Shown in pieces: positions 41,085 through 51,658 of a stretch of DNA of 64,000 nucleotides. A program made the translations under genes and the position numbers. The notes beneath the pieces were generated by a model, which was not told where the DNA came from, did not search any database, and saw nothing but the letters and a program-made list of their open reading frames with translations. The stretch spans positions 512,001 to 576,000 of the forward strand of contig CAXXHB010000002.1 in assembly GCA_963664815.2 (NCBI GenBank), read 5' to 3'. Within the stretch, counting starts at the first letter, position 1, and each line of letters starts with the position of its first letter. The stretch comes from Spirochaetota bacterium (lineage in GTDB: Bacteria; Spirochaetota; UBA4802; UBA5550).

Positions 41085-42160
41085 TACTCTCCGAATCTCA
41101 ATTCAAGGATCATATCCCAGAACCATGATTCGTCTGCGGGATTGTTTTTGTAGTATACAAGATCAATATTCTGGCTTCCTGTATTGTTATCCTGCAGGTT
41201 GAGCGGAATACCGGAGTTCTTTATAAGTTGTTTTGTTACATCACCTGTTGTAATTGTGTCGGTAACTACCGGGAGATCGGTAATAATTTTCATTCTGCTG
41301 AAACCTTTATCCGGCAAAAGTCTTTTAAGCCCATTTTTTCCTTTAAGTGTTTTTATTACGCGGAAAATGTTTTTTTCAGTACCGGAGCAGTATATATAGA
41401 ATCCTTTTTCAATTATCTCTCCATCATTGTTAACAGTCTCTTCAGAATTAAAGATTATAAGGAGGAATAATCCATCTGGTTTAACTTCTGGTATACATAC
41501 AGGGATCTCTCTCAATGATCGAATCTTCAGTCTGTCATCATACTGAACAGCGAAGGCGTGAATGTCTATCCTGCTTCTGTTCTCTTTCAGAGTTTCATAA
41601 AATGTAAAATCGGTATGATAATTCGGAAGAAATATTTCTATATCATTTTTAAGAACGAAAAAGACCAGTTTTCCTTTACCTGATTCAGCAAGAGATTTTA
41701 TATGTTCTGATGCACGTGAACTTACTGCGTCGGGGAAAGATCCTGTTTTCTTATAAAAGAGGGTGCATGATTTTAATTCAATGAATGATTTTTCATTGAT
41801 ATGCTTTAACAGAAAGTCAAATCTGTGATTCCCGTATACCGGTTCTCTTGTTATTGAATCAAAAAGACATAATTCCGGGACTTTTTTATTAAGGAGAAGT
41901 TCATAAAAGAGACTGTTACTGTAAGTTGAATCTATCATTACAGGGAAAGACTTTTTAATAATATAAAGTATTTTATAACGGTATTTTGCATTAATAGGAG
42001 AAAGAAGGATTTCACTTCCAGGCAGGGCAAGCTCGGAAAGGCGCCCGGTGTTGGGAACATATACATGAAGTTTTTTATTGTCGATCAGGATTTCGGCAAC
42101 GAATCTGTTAACTCTTTTTATCAGCGTCGCCTTCAGTAATGGGCTGTGCACCTTCTGCAT
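41081..42160 (-). CDS. sfsA: SfsA family nuclease-like protein with C-terminal extension
   Basis: RVNRF, VPNTGRLSEL, RFDFLL, FIELKSCTL, FPDAVSSRA..H. Confidence 0.85.
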   Translation of the reverse strand: MQKVHSPLLKATLIKRVNRFVAEILIDNKKLHVYVPNTGRLSELALPGSEILLSPINAKYRYKILYIIKKSFPVMIDSTYSNSLFYELLLNKKVPELCLFDSITREPVYGNHRFDFLLKHINEKSFIELKSCTLFYKKTGSFPDAVSSRASEHIKSLAESGKGKLVFFVLKNDIEIFLPNYHTDFTFYETLKENRSRIDIHAFAVQYDDRLKIRSLREIPVCIPEVKPDGLFLLIIFNSEETVNNDGEIIEKGFYIYCSGTEKNIFRVIKTLKGKNGLKRLLPDKGFSRMKIITDLPVVTDTITTGDVTKQLIKNSGIPLNLQDNNTGSQNIDLVYYKNNPADESWFWDMILELRFGEY

Positions 42161-42170
42161 TATTCAAAAT

Positions 42171-42196
42171 AAAACTCCGCCTGATGGCGGAGTTTT
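42171..42196. terminator. Bidirectional intrinsic terminator-like hairpin
   Basis: AAAACTCCGCC-TGAT-GGCGGAGTTTT. Confidence 0.8.
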
Positions 42197-42201
42197 TAAT
42201 T

Positions 42202-42981
42202 TTATTTATCATTAAATACAGGTTTTCTTTTTTCGATGAAAGCATTGACTGATTCTTGTTTGTCTTCTGTTCCGAAGCAGTAGATTGACTGTGCCTGTTC
42301 AAACATCAGGCTTGCATAAGTATTACCCTCAGCAGCAACATTTATTCCCCACTTGGCAAATCTTATTGCAGATGGCGAAAGATTTGCTACCCTTTTTGCA
42401 AGCTGTAGTGTTTTACTTTCCAGTTCTTCAGGCTTGACAAGATATTCAACAAGTCCAATCCTGTAGGCTTCGGCAGCATCAATCATCTCTGTGAAGAGGG
42501 AAAGTTTTTTTGCCTGTCCTATTCCAACGAGCTTTGTAAGTCTTGTAGTCCCGGTCTGATCTGCTGCAAGTCCGAATTTAACCTCAGGTAATGCAAGAGT
42601 TGCCCCCTCTGCCGCAATTCTTATATCGCAGCTCAGTGCAAGTTCAAGCCCTCCGCCGAGACAGAATCCCTTGATTGCTGCAATTACCGGCATCGGAAAC
42701 TCCTGGAACCTGCTGAAAGTTCTCTGAAGGAAATTGAGATTATCTTTTACAAATCTTGTATCAACTGTTTTCAGAAATCCGGTGTCTACACCTGCGGAAA
42801 AATGTGCGCCATCTGTACAGACTATTACGGCTCTCAACTGATTGTCTTTGGATATATCTTCCTGAATATCCGCAAGTGTTAAAATCACTTCACTATTAAG
42901 AAGGTTAAGTCCGCTGGGATCGCAAAATGTAATGGTTGCGATATAACCGTCTTTAGTAAGCTTTATTTTCGGGTCGCTCAT
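42202..42981 (-). CDS. Enoyl-CoA hydratase/isomerase
   Basis: FSAGVD, GGGLELALSCDIR, PEVKFGL, AFIEKRKP. Confidence 0.93.
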   Translation of the reverse strand: MSDPKIKLTKDGYIATITFCDPSGLNLLNSEVILTLADIQEDISKDNQLRAVIVCTDGAHFSAGVDTGFLKTVDTRFVKDNLNFLQRTFSRFQEFPMPVIAAIKGFCLGGGLELALSCDIRIAAEGATLALPEVKFGLAADQTGTTRLTKLVGIGQAKKLSLFTEMIDAAEAYRIGLVEYLVKPEELESKTLQLAKRVANLSPSAIRFAKWGINVAAEGNTYASLMFEQAQSIYCFGTEDKQESVNAFIEKRKPVFNDK

Positions 42982-43162
42982 AAATTTACCTCATTTATTT
43001 ATTATTTAACTGGAAAGAATACTATTATAATTATTTTAATCAGACAAAGTTAAACATATTAAATTATTATTCAAGGAATAAAAGTATTCTGACTTAATTT
43101 TTAAAAGGACATTAATGGCAGTTTTAAAAGTTCAGTTATTTAAAACTTTTGTAAATTAAAAG

Positions 43163-43483
43163 TTAAAATAATATCATTATTTTATACTCTCTTGCACTTT
43201 GTGAATGTTCAATTGATATATTTGTGAAAAAATTCTGTTCAAGCTGAAACTCAAAATCGGAAAGCCATTTTATAAATTCTTTTTTATCAAGAATAGATTT
43301 GCTGAAAGAAAGTTCAAGGTCGAATTCGTTTACTATAGTAAAAATTTCAATTAGGCTGTTGTCCTCTTTTGTAAGAATTGCTTTGAACATATTAATATCG
43401 AGGGCTTCAATTTTTATATGAGATGATGATTCAAGAGTGTGTGCGGCTATGTCCAGTACTTTCATGTAATCAATAGAGGGCAT
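43163..43483 (-). CDS. Hypothetical protein
   Basis: 106-aa ORF with AGGAG RBS, last gene of the tatD operon. Confidence 0.6.
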   Translation of the reverse strand: MPSIDYMKVLDIAAHTLESSSHIKIEALDINMFKAILTKEDNSLIEIFTIVNEFDLELSFSKSILDKKEFIKWLSDFEFQLEQNFFTNISIEHSQSAREYKIMILF

Positions 43484-43495
43484 ATAATAACTCCT

Positions 43496-43999
43496 TTATT
43501 TTTTCCGGAAAAGTTTCTGCCAGTATGAAATCTCTTCTTCTGAGATTGAAGGATTTTCTTTTTCAGCCGCAACTTTCTGAAGTTCCAGCTCCTTAAAATA
43601 AGTTTCAATAGTTGCATTCAGTGATTCGGCAAATTTTTCACTGGTTATATTTTTTGCCCCGAACCTGTTGATAAAGAATATAATATCTTTATCCGAAGTA
43701 ATTACAGTTGTCATTTTCGGATTCAGGTCTTTCTTTATAAATTGTTTTATAAGATAATCTGCAGAATAGTCAAGTGAATAATAGATATCAATTTTGCCTA
43801 TACGTTCGCTGGATGTTTCTATGGTTTTGTCTTTCTTGCCGTCAAAAACAACACTGATTGCAGTTTTCTTTATTTTCTGGAATTCCTTAAGTTTTTCAAG
43901 CAGACCTGCCCTTGCCGTATTAAGCTGGCCCATGTACATCATAGCTTCAAGGTCGGGAAATTTGTAAATAAGATTGAATCCGTCAATAAGTAAAGGCAT
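43496..43999 (-). CDS. YacP/Rae1-like NYN-domain ribonuclease
   Basis: LIDGFNL, VVFDG, ADYLI, ITSDK. Confidence 0.85.
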   Translation of the reverse strand: MPLLIDGFNLIYKFPDLEAMMYMGQLNTARAGLLEKLKEFQKIKKTAISVVFDGKKDKTIETSSERIGKIDIYYSLDYSADYLIKQFIKKDLNPKMTTVITSDKDIIFFINRFGAKNITSEKFAESLNATIETYFKELELQKVAAEKENPSISEEEISYWQKLFRKK

Positions 44000-44060
44000 A
44001 ATTACTACCGGTATTTAAAATTTAGACTTTTAATTAAACTGGCTTTGAATCAATATATCT

Positions 44061-44498
44061 TCATGTATCTTTATGGAGTTCAATTAAAGTCCGTTTTACT
44101 GTAAAACCATTATCAATGAAAAATTTTAAAGTTTCAGGAGATGTATCAGAAACAGCAAATATAAAATTTACAGCGCTTGATTTTTTTGATTTCAATATGA
44201 AGGATTTCAGAAGCTCCACCCTTATTTCGGTTTTGAGAAATTCAGGTTTTACTCCCATCCAGTGAATTAGGGAGTCTTTGTCACTTATTGAACCGATTAT
44301 AAAACCGAGTACTTTTTTTTTCCTGGCGGCAGTAAGTTGAATAGTGTTATCTGATGCAAAAATGTCCGCGAGATTTTCAGGGCTCATCCTAAATGAAAGA
44401 CTTATAAATGAATGTTCATCATTACCTAATAAATAGATCTGCCTCAGATCAGATTCGACAGTCTCCCGTATGATTATACCTTTTTCAGAAAGGCTCAT
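44061..44498 (-). CDS. GNAT-fold N-acetyltransferase
   Basis: IRE..ESDL, VLGFIIG, IHWMGVKPEF, KFF..NGF; motif A degenerate. Confidence 0.7.
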   Translation of the reverse strand: MSLSEKGIIIRETVESDLRQIYLLGNDEHSFISLSFRMSPENLADIFASDNTIQLTAARKKKVLGFIIGSISDKDSLIHWMGVKPEFLKTEIRVELLKSFILKSKKSSAVNFIFAVSDTSPETLKFFIDNGFTVKRTLIELHKDT

Positions 44499-45280
44499 TT
44501 CTTCAGCATCCGGGTAAAATTTTCAGTTACTGAATTTTCAAGGTATGAAAGCGGAATTTTTTTTAAAGAAGAGATAAATTTATATGTATGCTTGATGAAT
44601 TCAGGAAGATTCGGTTTACCACGCATGGGGACAGGTGAAAGAAAGGGTGAGTCAGTTTCAACAAGTATTCTGTCAAGCGGTACATAGTCGATTGCATCAT
44701 GCAGCTCAAAGGCATTTTTGTATGTAACATTACCTGCGAAGGATATCAAAAACCCCATATCCAGCACACGTTTTGCTGCTTTTGAATCTCCCGCGAAACA
44801 GTGCATAATCCCATATCCGCAATTTTTTCTTTTAAGAATTTCGAGTGTTTCATCCATGGCATTACGGGAATGAACAATCAGCGGAAGTTTAAATTTCTTA
44901 GCGACATCAATCTGCGTTTCAAATGAATTAATCTGCATAACCTTTGGCTGGTGCATACGATAATAATCAAGTCCGCATTCTCCAATACCGAAGAGAAGAT
45001 TACTGTATATGCTGTTCATCTCTTTATCAACAAATATTTCCAGATTTGATAGTTTCTGTTCCTGTGCCGGAGACGATGGGTGTATTCCTATTGTATAAAA
45101 AACTCCATTTTCAGAATTTCTTTTAGAGAAATCGCGGGACCAGATAAAATCTTTTTCTTCGATTGATATCTGAACTGCATATTGAAGATCATTATCTTTC
45201 AGGGATTTTATAAGGATCTCCTCGGAAAATTTATTATCGTCAAGTATTATGTTGAAGTGTACATGCGAATCGAGAATCAT
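44495..45280 (-). CDS. tatD: TatD family DNase
   Basis: DSHVH, GIHP, IGECGLDYY, HSRNA, MHCF, ETDSPFL. Confidence 0.93.
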   Translation of the reverse strand: MILDSHVHFNIILDDNKFSEEILIKSLKDNDLQYAVQISIEEKDFIWSRDFSKRNSENGVFYTIGIHPSSPAQEQKLSNLEIFVDKEMNSIYSNLLFGIGECGLDYYRMHQPKVMQINSFETQIDVAKKFKLPLIVHSRNAMDETLEILKRKNCGYGIMHCFAGDSKAAKRVLDMGFLISFAGNVTYKNAFELHDAIDYVPLDRILVETDSPFLSPVPMRGKPNLPEFIKHTYKFISSLKKIPLSYLENSVTENFTRMLKK

Positions 45281-45803
45281 CTTTTAACCTGTTTATTTAT
45301 GTGATTATTAATATTAATTTTAGCGTGGGTTTATAATCAAGAAGAAAATTTAAAATGATTCCAGATAAAAATTTCTAAAATAAAAAAGTTTTTAAAGATG
45401 TTATGTTTTTACAAGATGGATAGTTCTTTAGTAAATTTTAGTTTGACTTTTTTAAAGAAAAAGGATCTATTATAGACAACCTTATTTATCATCTGTTATG
45501 TGAATAATTATACTCAATTGATTTAATAATTTAAAATTCCGGTATATAGAGGTTGAATTAAAGTTTTACAGTTAAATAATTCTTCCTGGAATCTGAATAC
45601 AAAAAAGGCAGGAAATGATGATCAATGTAAACTGCTTGAATCCATTCTATGACATTTAAAATTCGTTGATTATTAACGCAGTGTTTATATCCGGAATCTG
45701 ACTTTAAGGGGTGTCCTTCAAATTATTAGCCACTGAAGTTGTGAAAGAACAGTTTTTAATTTAAATATTCGGAAAGAACCGGGAACAGCAGTCTGGAGGA
45801 AAT

Positions 45804-48800
45804 ATGAAAAAGAAATTATTACTTAATACAGGTCTTATCTTTGTTCTGGGATTTTCTGTATTCTGTTTAATGCAGAACTGGCGGATTCTTATTGGAAATC
45901 CCGCAGCGTCTAAAATTAAACTTGAGTTACCATCATTCGGATCTTCTGACGGGAAGGGAAATTATTATATCATTGATAAATCACGAAGGAGAGTTATATC
46001 CTCAGATAAAAATGGTATTGTTCTTTCAATTATTGATGGGGGGAGTAAAGATCCTGGAACTTTTTTTTATGCGAATGAAGTTATCGCTGATAAAGAGGGC
46101 AGGATATATATTCTCAACTGGGTTCTTGATAAATCCGGTTTTTTTATGGAACGTGAAGAGATACTTCGCTATAGCGTAGATGGTACGTTCGATAAAATAA
46201 TCTATTCAAAAACTTATGATGCAGAAAACAGAATTCCCACGCTCGTCCAGAGAGGACAATTAAGCGGACTTTTTTTCAGGGGAGATACAATCAACTGGTA
46301 TGATATAGACATTAAGGGTATATGGTCATATTCTTTGAATGTTTTGAATGGGACATTAAACCATATTCTTACAGTTGAACTCCATGATGCTAATCTGATT
46401 GTTTCAAGTATTGTATCTTCTGATAATGAAACAGTAATCTATGTCACAAAAAAAGGGGAGATTGTTGAAAAGAGAAAGGGTTTGTCTCCTGTTATAAGGT
46501 ATTCAGCGGATAGAGAGTCAGGAACTCTTTCCATACCATGGCATGTAGGGATTGATAAAACCGGGGTAATTTATTTTTCTGATATTGAAAAAAGAAAAAT
46601 AATGAAGATTTCAGATAAAGGTCAGATCTCTCCTGTTCTCTCGCGTGAAATTTTTGAATCTCAGAAGATAACAACGGATGAATTTACCTATTACAGATTT
46701 TCAGTTCTTCCGGACGGGCGGTTGACTACCTGCAATGACTCATATCTTGTTTCTCTTGACAGCAGCGGTAAAGTACTTATTCATACAGGTTTTTTGCAAT
46801 ATCCCGGATCAATGATTTTTAAAGCATTTATGATGTGGTTTATCTTTCTGGCCGGCATTATTTCATTTGTAGCATTAGGCTGGTTCTTTTTTACTGATGT
46901 AATGAACAGAAAAATACCTGACGTACTGCTTAAAGCTGCTGGTATTATTATAGTGATTGGTGTGTCGGCTGTACTTATTTCCAGTCTTATTGTGCAGAAC
47001 TTTTCATCCCGTTATCAGAAAGCAGCGCTAAATAAGATTGCCCAGATGGTACAGATAATTCCAAAAGTTATTGAAGCTTCCAATCTTGAAAAAATTACGC
47101 ATCAGAGTGATTTTCTTGGAAAGGATTACCGTGCAATACGGGAAGATCTTCTTACTTCGCTGAATTATAATAAAGATGAATGGAACAATAGTTATTATTT
47201 TGTTCTTTATAAGGTAATTAATGAAAGACTCTATGCTTTTATGTATCTCAACGGGGAAGTTGGTATTTATTATCCTTTATCATGGTTTGATGATCCTCAA
47301 AGTATTTATCACAGTGCATATAAAGGGGAAATTGTTACAGAATCTGTAAATGATCCATGGGGGAGCTGGCTTTACGGAGTGGGCCCAATCTGTAATAAAG
47401 AGGGTAAGGTAATAGCTTTGCTGGAAATCGGGACAGATTTTTACAGTTTTACGCAGGAGAATAACAGGCTAATCCGTGAAATTATACTTGATGTTGTGAC
47501 AATGCTGGTAATTTTTGTGCTTGCTATGATTGAAGCAACTTTTCTTATTGAAATGCTGAAGCAGAGAGAGAAACGGATCCGTCTCCTTGCAGAGGGTAAA
47601 ACTCTAAGAAAAGCAGATCATTATACCGATGCATTTCTTGCACGGCCTGTTACATTCATTTTCTTTACAGCAATTTCCATGTCTGTTGTATTTATCCCGC
47701 TGATGATGCAGAACTTTTATCATCCGGTTCCAGGTCTTTCAAAAAATCTTGTTCTTGGGCTGCCTATTTCATGTGAGATGCTTTTTTTCGGTATTTCCAG
47801 TATCTATTCAGGAACCCTGATTTCAAATCGTGGCTGGCGCTTTGTTGCACGTCTTGGCTTTCTGGTAACAGGAATCGGGCTGCTTGCTTCAGGATTGTCG
47901 AGCGGAATGATAACATTCCTTGCAGCGAGAGGGATAACAGGTCTTGGCGCTGGATTTTTCTTTATGTCCATGCGGGGATTAATTAACTGTGAAGGTATGC
48001 AGGAGATGCGGGGAGAGAGCTTTTCCAATTTTTATTCTGCAATGATTGTTGGTACTGCAATTGGAGCAGTTGTCGGAGGTATAATTGCTGATAAGCTTAG
48101 TTATTCTGCAGTATTTTATTTTGCCTTTGTAGTTCTTCTGGTGGCTTTTTTGTTTGATCTTTTATATTTCAGAAAAATGTCATTCATGGAAACTGCTGTC
48201 CATAAGATTCCTGAGAAGGGAGCTATTACATCAAGTATGAAAACATTTTTTTCAGATCCGCTTGTCATCGGTTTTTTTCTTCTTATTGTTATTCCGACAT
48301 ATGTAGCGAGTACATTTCTCACTTACTTTTTTCCGATTTTTGCAGAGGCAAACAAAGTTTCATCTTCGACAGTAGGACGTTTGTTTATATTAAACGGTGT
48401 ATTTGTCATTTATCTTGGTCCGGTTCTGAGCAGATTTTTCAGCAGTAAGATGAAATCCGGAAGTACTATGGTTTTCGGATCTGCCCTGTGGGCCTGTGCT
48501 CTTCTTATTTCGGCAATTACAGGCAGCTTTGCCGGAGCGGTTATGGCGCTTATTATTATGGGTATAACTGAAGGATTCTGCGTAAGCGCACAGAATAATT
48601 ATTTTCTGGACATGAAGGCATCCACCGCAATAGGAGAGGACCAGGCAATCGGATATTTTGAGATGGTGGGTAAATTTGCTGAAATGTTCGGGCCTATTTT
48701 ATTCAGTTTAGCGATTATTCTCGGTCAGCTTGCGGGGCTTTCCATAGTCGCGGCAGGAGTTTTCGGTTTTGCTGCATTATATATTTTTTTCGCAATGAGA

Positions 48801-48809
48801 AAAAATTGA
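45804..48809 (+). CDS. NHL/beta-propeller + Cache-like sensor module fused to a C-terminal MFS transporter (1001 aa)
   Basis: NHL-like D..G..YI.D repeats, TM pair, WGSWLYGVGPI...G.VIALLEIG Cache-like strand, then about 12 TM with ARGITGLGAG and G..IGAVVGGIIADKLSY; GGAGG RBS. Confidence 0.82.
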   Translation: MKKKLLLNTGLIFVLGFSVFCLMQNWRILIGNPAASKIKLELPSFGSSDGKGNYYIIDKSRRRVISSDKNGIVLSIIDGGSKDPGTFFYANEVIADKEGRIYILNWVLDKSGFFMEREEILRYSVDGTFDKIIYSKTYDAENRIPTLVQRGQLSGLFFRGDTINWYDIDIKGIWSYSLNVLNGTLNHILTVELHDANLIVSSIVSSDNETVIYVTKKGEIVEKRKGLSPVIRYSADRESGTLSIPWHVGIDKTGVIYFSDIEKRKIMKISDKGQISPVLSREIFESQKITTDEFTYYRFSVLPDGRLTTCNDSYLVSLDSSGKVLIHTGFLQYPGSMIFKAFMMWFIFLAGIISFVALGWFFFTDVMNRKIPDVLLKAAGIIIVIGVSAVLISSLIVQNFSSRYQKAALNKIAQMVQIIPKVIEASNLEKITHQSDFLGKDYRAIREDLLTSLNYNKDEWNNSYYFVLYKVINERLYAFMYLNGEVGIYYPLSWFDDPQSIYHSAYKGEIVTESVNDPWGSWLYGVGPICNKEGKVIALLEIGTDFYSFTQENNRLIREIILDVVTMLVIFVLAMIEATFLIEMLKQREKRIRLLAEGKTLRKADHYTDAFLARPVTFIFFTAISMSVVFIPLMMQNFYHPVPGLSKNLVLGLPISCEMLFFGISSIYSGTLISNRGWRFVARLGFLVTGIGLLASGLSSGMITFLAARGITGLGAGFFFMSMRGLINCEGMQEMRGESFSNFYSAMIVGTAIGAVVGGIIADKLSYSAVFYFAFVVLLVAFLFDLLYFRKMSFMETAVHKIPEKGAITSSMKTFFSDPLVIGFFLLIVIPTYVASTFLTYFFPIFAEANKVSSSTVGRLFILNGVFVIYLGPVLSRFFSSKMKSGSTMVFGSALWACALLISAITGSFAGAVMALIIMGITEGFCVSAQNNYFLDMKASTAIGEDQAIGYFEMVGKFAEMFGPILFSLAIILGQLAGLSIVAAGVFGFAALYIFFAMRKN

Positions 48810-48868
48810 ATTAACATCTCTCCGCAGAGGGAGGGGTTTAATATTAATGGATTGATTACAGGAGCAGT

Positions 48869-51658
48869 ATGAAAAGTAAGCATTATATTATGATGTCAGT
48901 ACTGGTTCTGGCAATTACAATATCAGGTATTATATCATATAAATTTTCTTCGAGTTTGTTTTCAAATCCCTTCAATAGAGATTTTCACTATGAAAATCCA
49001 TCCTACTCGATAACAGACAATGAGGGGAGTAATTATGTAATAGATCGCTCAATGAGGCGTATTGTTAAAATAGATGTACGTGGAAATCTTTCATGGATTA
49101 TTGAAGGGGGATCAAGGGAAAGAGGTTCTTTTTTTTATGCCTATGAGATAGCGGTGGACGAGCGAGGAATGCTTTATGTAATAAATGGTGTTCTTGATAA
49201 TGAAGGGTTTTTCATGGTAAGGGAGGAAATTCTCCGTTACAGTGCTGCCGGAGTTTTTGAAGAGGTTATATATTCAAAAAATTATAAATCTGAAGAAAGA
49301 GGTCCTTCTCTTGTTCAGCGCGGACAATTTCTTTCATTACATGCAGAGAAGCAGACAGTCGAATGGTTTGATATCGACAATCAAGGCATACAGTCAATAC
49401 GCGTTGTTATGCCTCAGAGATCTGTCGAAAGGAAGACCGGGGTCTTTTTAAAAAATGCCAACCTTCTTGTTTCAAGTGCAGTACGTCATTCAGATGGATC
49501 TGTCATCTATTGTACAAAAAAGGGAAAAATATATATATCTGCAGATCAGAGTGATGGATTATTATTATATTCCGCAGATGATCATAAAGAAGGTCTTTCA
49601 ATACCATGGTGGGTAGCAGTTGATAAAAAGGGGATTATATATTTTACTGATTTAGGAAGCCGCTCTGTATTGCGTTTAAATCCTGATAAAACTCCGGATA
49701 CAATTTTATCCAAAGAAATAATAGAAAAAGCTGGATTACAGACTGGTTCTTTTATCTATTACAGGTTCAGCATAAATAAAGATGGAATGATTACAACCTG
49801 TAACGATTATTATACTGTGGTTTTGTCAGCTGATGGGAAAAGCATTGTACGCTATTCAGATGGCGGCAGAATTTCTTTAAGTAATGTAATATTAAAAGTT
49901 TCAGGCTGGTCTGTTTTTATCATAGGAACAATATTTGTAATAATAGCTGCAATATTTGGTTATATTAAAATTCTTAACCGGCGTATTCCGCTTATGATAA
50001 AGCAGGTTCTGATTTTTGTACCAATGCTTATTGTATCAGTTGCATTACCCGCAAACATGATTATAGAAGATTTTTCAGAGCGTTATAAAGAAGAATTAAA
50101 CAAAAAAATTTCTCAGATGGTACAGGTGGCACCTAAAGTAATTAATCCTGATGATCTTAAACGGATAATCAAACATGAAGATTATATGAGTGATTCATAT
50201 AACAGAGTCAGGGGTTCACTGCTTGAGGCATTTAATTACAACAATGATGACTGGAACAGGGGATTCTATTTTGCAATCTATCGGGTTTATCAGGATAATA
50301 TTTATGGATGCATGTATCTTAACGGAGGAATAGGAATATATTATCCTTTTACATATTTTGATGATCCTCAAAGCATATATCGCAACGCATATAAAGGGCA
50401 AATTGTTACTGAATCGCTGAGTGATGCATTTGGAAGCTGGTTGTACGGTGTAGGTCCCATATATGACAGGGATGGAAAGGTGACGGCGATTATAGAAGTC
50501 GGAACAGATCTTTACAGTTATACCCAGGCGAATAACAGGCTTATTATGAAAATGCTGGTTCGTATATTTCTTATTACAGTTCTTTTTGTTATACTTTTAA
50601 TGATTGTAACCTATCTATTACTTGTCTCGATTAAACGACTCAGCTCCGGTGTAACCAGACTTTCTCAGGGGGAGTGGGAAACTAAAGTAAGTATTGGTAA
50701 ACGGAACGATGAGGTTTCGGACCTTGCGCAGGGTTTCAACAGGATGTCGGAGTATATACTGAATTATATTAATGAAATAGTAAATCTCAATAAAGGATAT
50801 CAGCGTTTTGTGCCTGAACAGTTTCTGCATTATCTGGACAAGGAGAACGTTACACAGGTTCAGCTTGGCGATCAGGTACACAAAGTGATGACTGTAATGT
50901 TTTCAGATATCCGTTCATTTACTACACTTTCAGAGAAAATGACTCCGAAGGAAAACTTTGATTTTCTGAATTCCTACCTTAAGCATGTTGGGCCGGTAAT
51001 ACGGGAAAACAACGGGTTTATTGATAAATATATTGGTGATGCTGTTATGGCGCTGTTCCCTCACTCAGCGGATGATGCCCTGGAGGCAGCTATAGGTATT
51101 TTTGAAAATCTTCATGATTTCAATGAAAACCGCGAGAAGATAGGGGAACCCCCTATTGAAATAGGATTGGGTCTTCATACCGGGCCTCTTATGATGGGAA
51201 TTATTGGTGAGGATGAAAGGATGGAAGGGACTGTGATCTCCGATAATGTGAACTTTGCTTCACGTCTGGAGGGACTTACAAAGCACTACGGAGCACGTAT
51301 ACTTATAAGTGAAATGACATATAAACAGCTCGCTCATCCGGAACGTTATCTTATACGGAACCTTGGAAAAGTTAAGGTTAAAGGGAAGAATGAACCTGTT
51401 TCAGTATATGAGGTAATGGATCCCCTTCCCTTCAAACAGAAATCAATGAAAATTAAAACAAAAGATGTTCTTGAAAAAGGGATAGCGCTTTATCAGCATA
51501 AACGGTTTTCAGAGGCGCTTGAAAAATTTAATAAAATTCTGGCTGTTGATAAAAATGATAAAATTGTAAACAAGTATTACAATATCTGCAATGTATGCGC
51601 GGAAAACCCACCTGACGCAGTTGATTGGGATGGTACTCTTGAAATGAGGGAAAAATGA
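48869..51658 (+). CDS. NHL/beta-propeller + Cache-like + HAMP + class III adenylate cyclase with C-terminal TPR-like helices (929 aa)
   Basis: N-terminus paralogous to the previous gene; HAMP RNDEVSDLAQGFNRM; FSDIRSFT, DKYIGD, TVISDNVNFASRLEG. Confidence 0.9.
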   Translation: MKSKHYIMMSVLVLAITISGIISYKFSSSLFSNPFNRDFHYENPSYSITDNEGSNYVIDRSMRRIVKIDVRGNLSWIIEGGSRERGSFFYAYEIAVDERGMLYVINGVLDNEGFFMVREEILRYSAAGVFEEVIYSKNYKSEERGPSLVQRGQFLSLHAEKQTVEWFDIDNQGIQSIRVVMPQRSVERKTGVFLKNANLLVSSAVRHSDGSVIYCTKKGKIYISADQSDGLLLYSADDHKEGLSIPWWVAVDKKGIIYFTDLGSRSVLRLNPDKTPDTILSKEIIEKAGLQTGSFIYYRFSINKDGMITTCNDYYTVVLSADGKSIVRYSDGGRISLSNVILKVSGWSVFIIGTIFVIIAAIFGYIKILNRRIPLMIKQVLIFVPMLIVSVALPANMIIEDFSERYKEELNKKISQMVQVAPKVINPDDLKRIIKHEDYMSDSYNRVRGSLLEAFNYNNDDWNRGFYFAIYRVYQDNIYGCMYLNGGIGIYYPFTYFDDPQSIYRNAYKGQIVTESLSDAFGSWLYGVGPIYDRDGKVTAIIEVGTDLYSYTQANNRLIMKMLVRIFLITVLFVILLMIVTYLLLVSIKRLSSGVTRLSQGEWETKVSIGKRNDEVSDLAQGFNRMSEYILNYINEIVNLNKGYQRFVPEQFLHYLDKENVTQVQLGDQVHKVMTVMFSDIRSFTTLSEKMTPKENFDFLNSYLKHVGPVIRENNGFIDKYIGDAVMALFPHSADDALEAAIGIFENLHDFNENREKIGEPPIEIGLGLHTGPLMMGIIGEDERMEGTVISDNVNFASRLEGLTKHYGARILISEMTYKQLAHPERYLIRNLGKVKVKGKNEPVSVYEVMDPLPFKQKSMKIKTKDVLEKGIALYQHKRFSEALEKFNKILAVDKNDKIVNKYYNICNVCAENPPDAVDWDGTLEMREK

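Noticed and set aside
43163-45280. TatD-GNAT-NYN operon as an anti-phage or toxin-antitoxin system
   Set aside because: TatD and YacP look housekeeping; no antitoxin, Qat partners or mobile context
45545-45700. Lysine riboswitch (AGAGGTTG start)
   Set aside because: AGUA/GAAAGG/GCCGAA core motifs not found; kept only as a generic structure candidate
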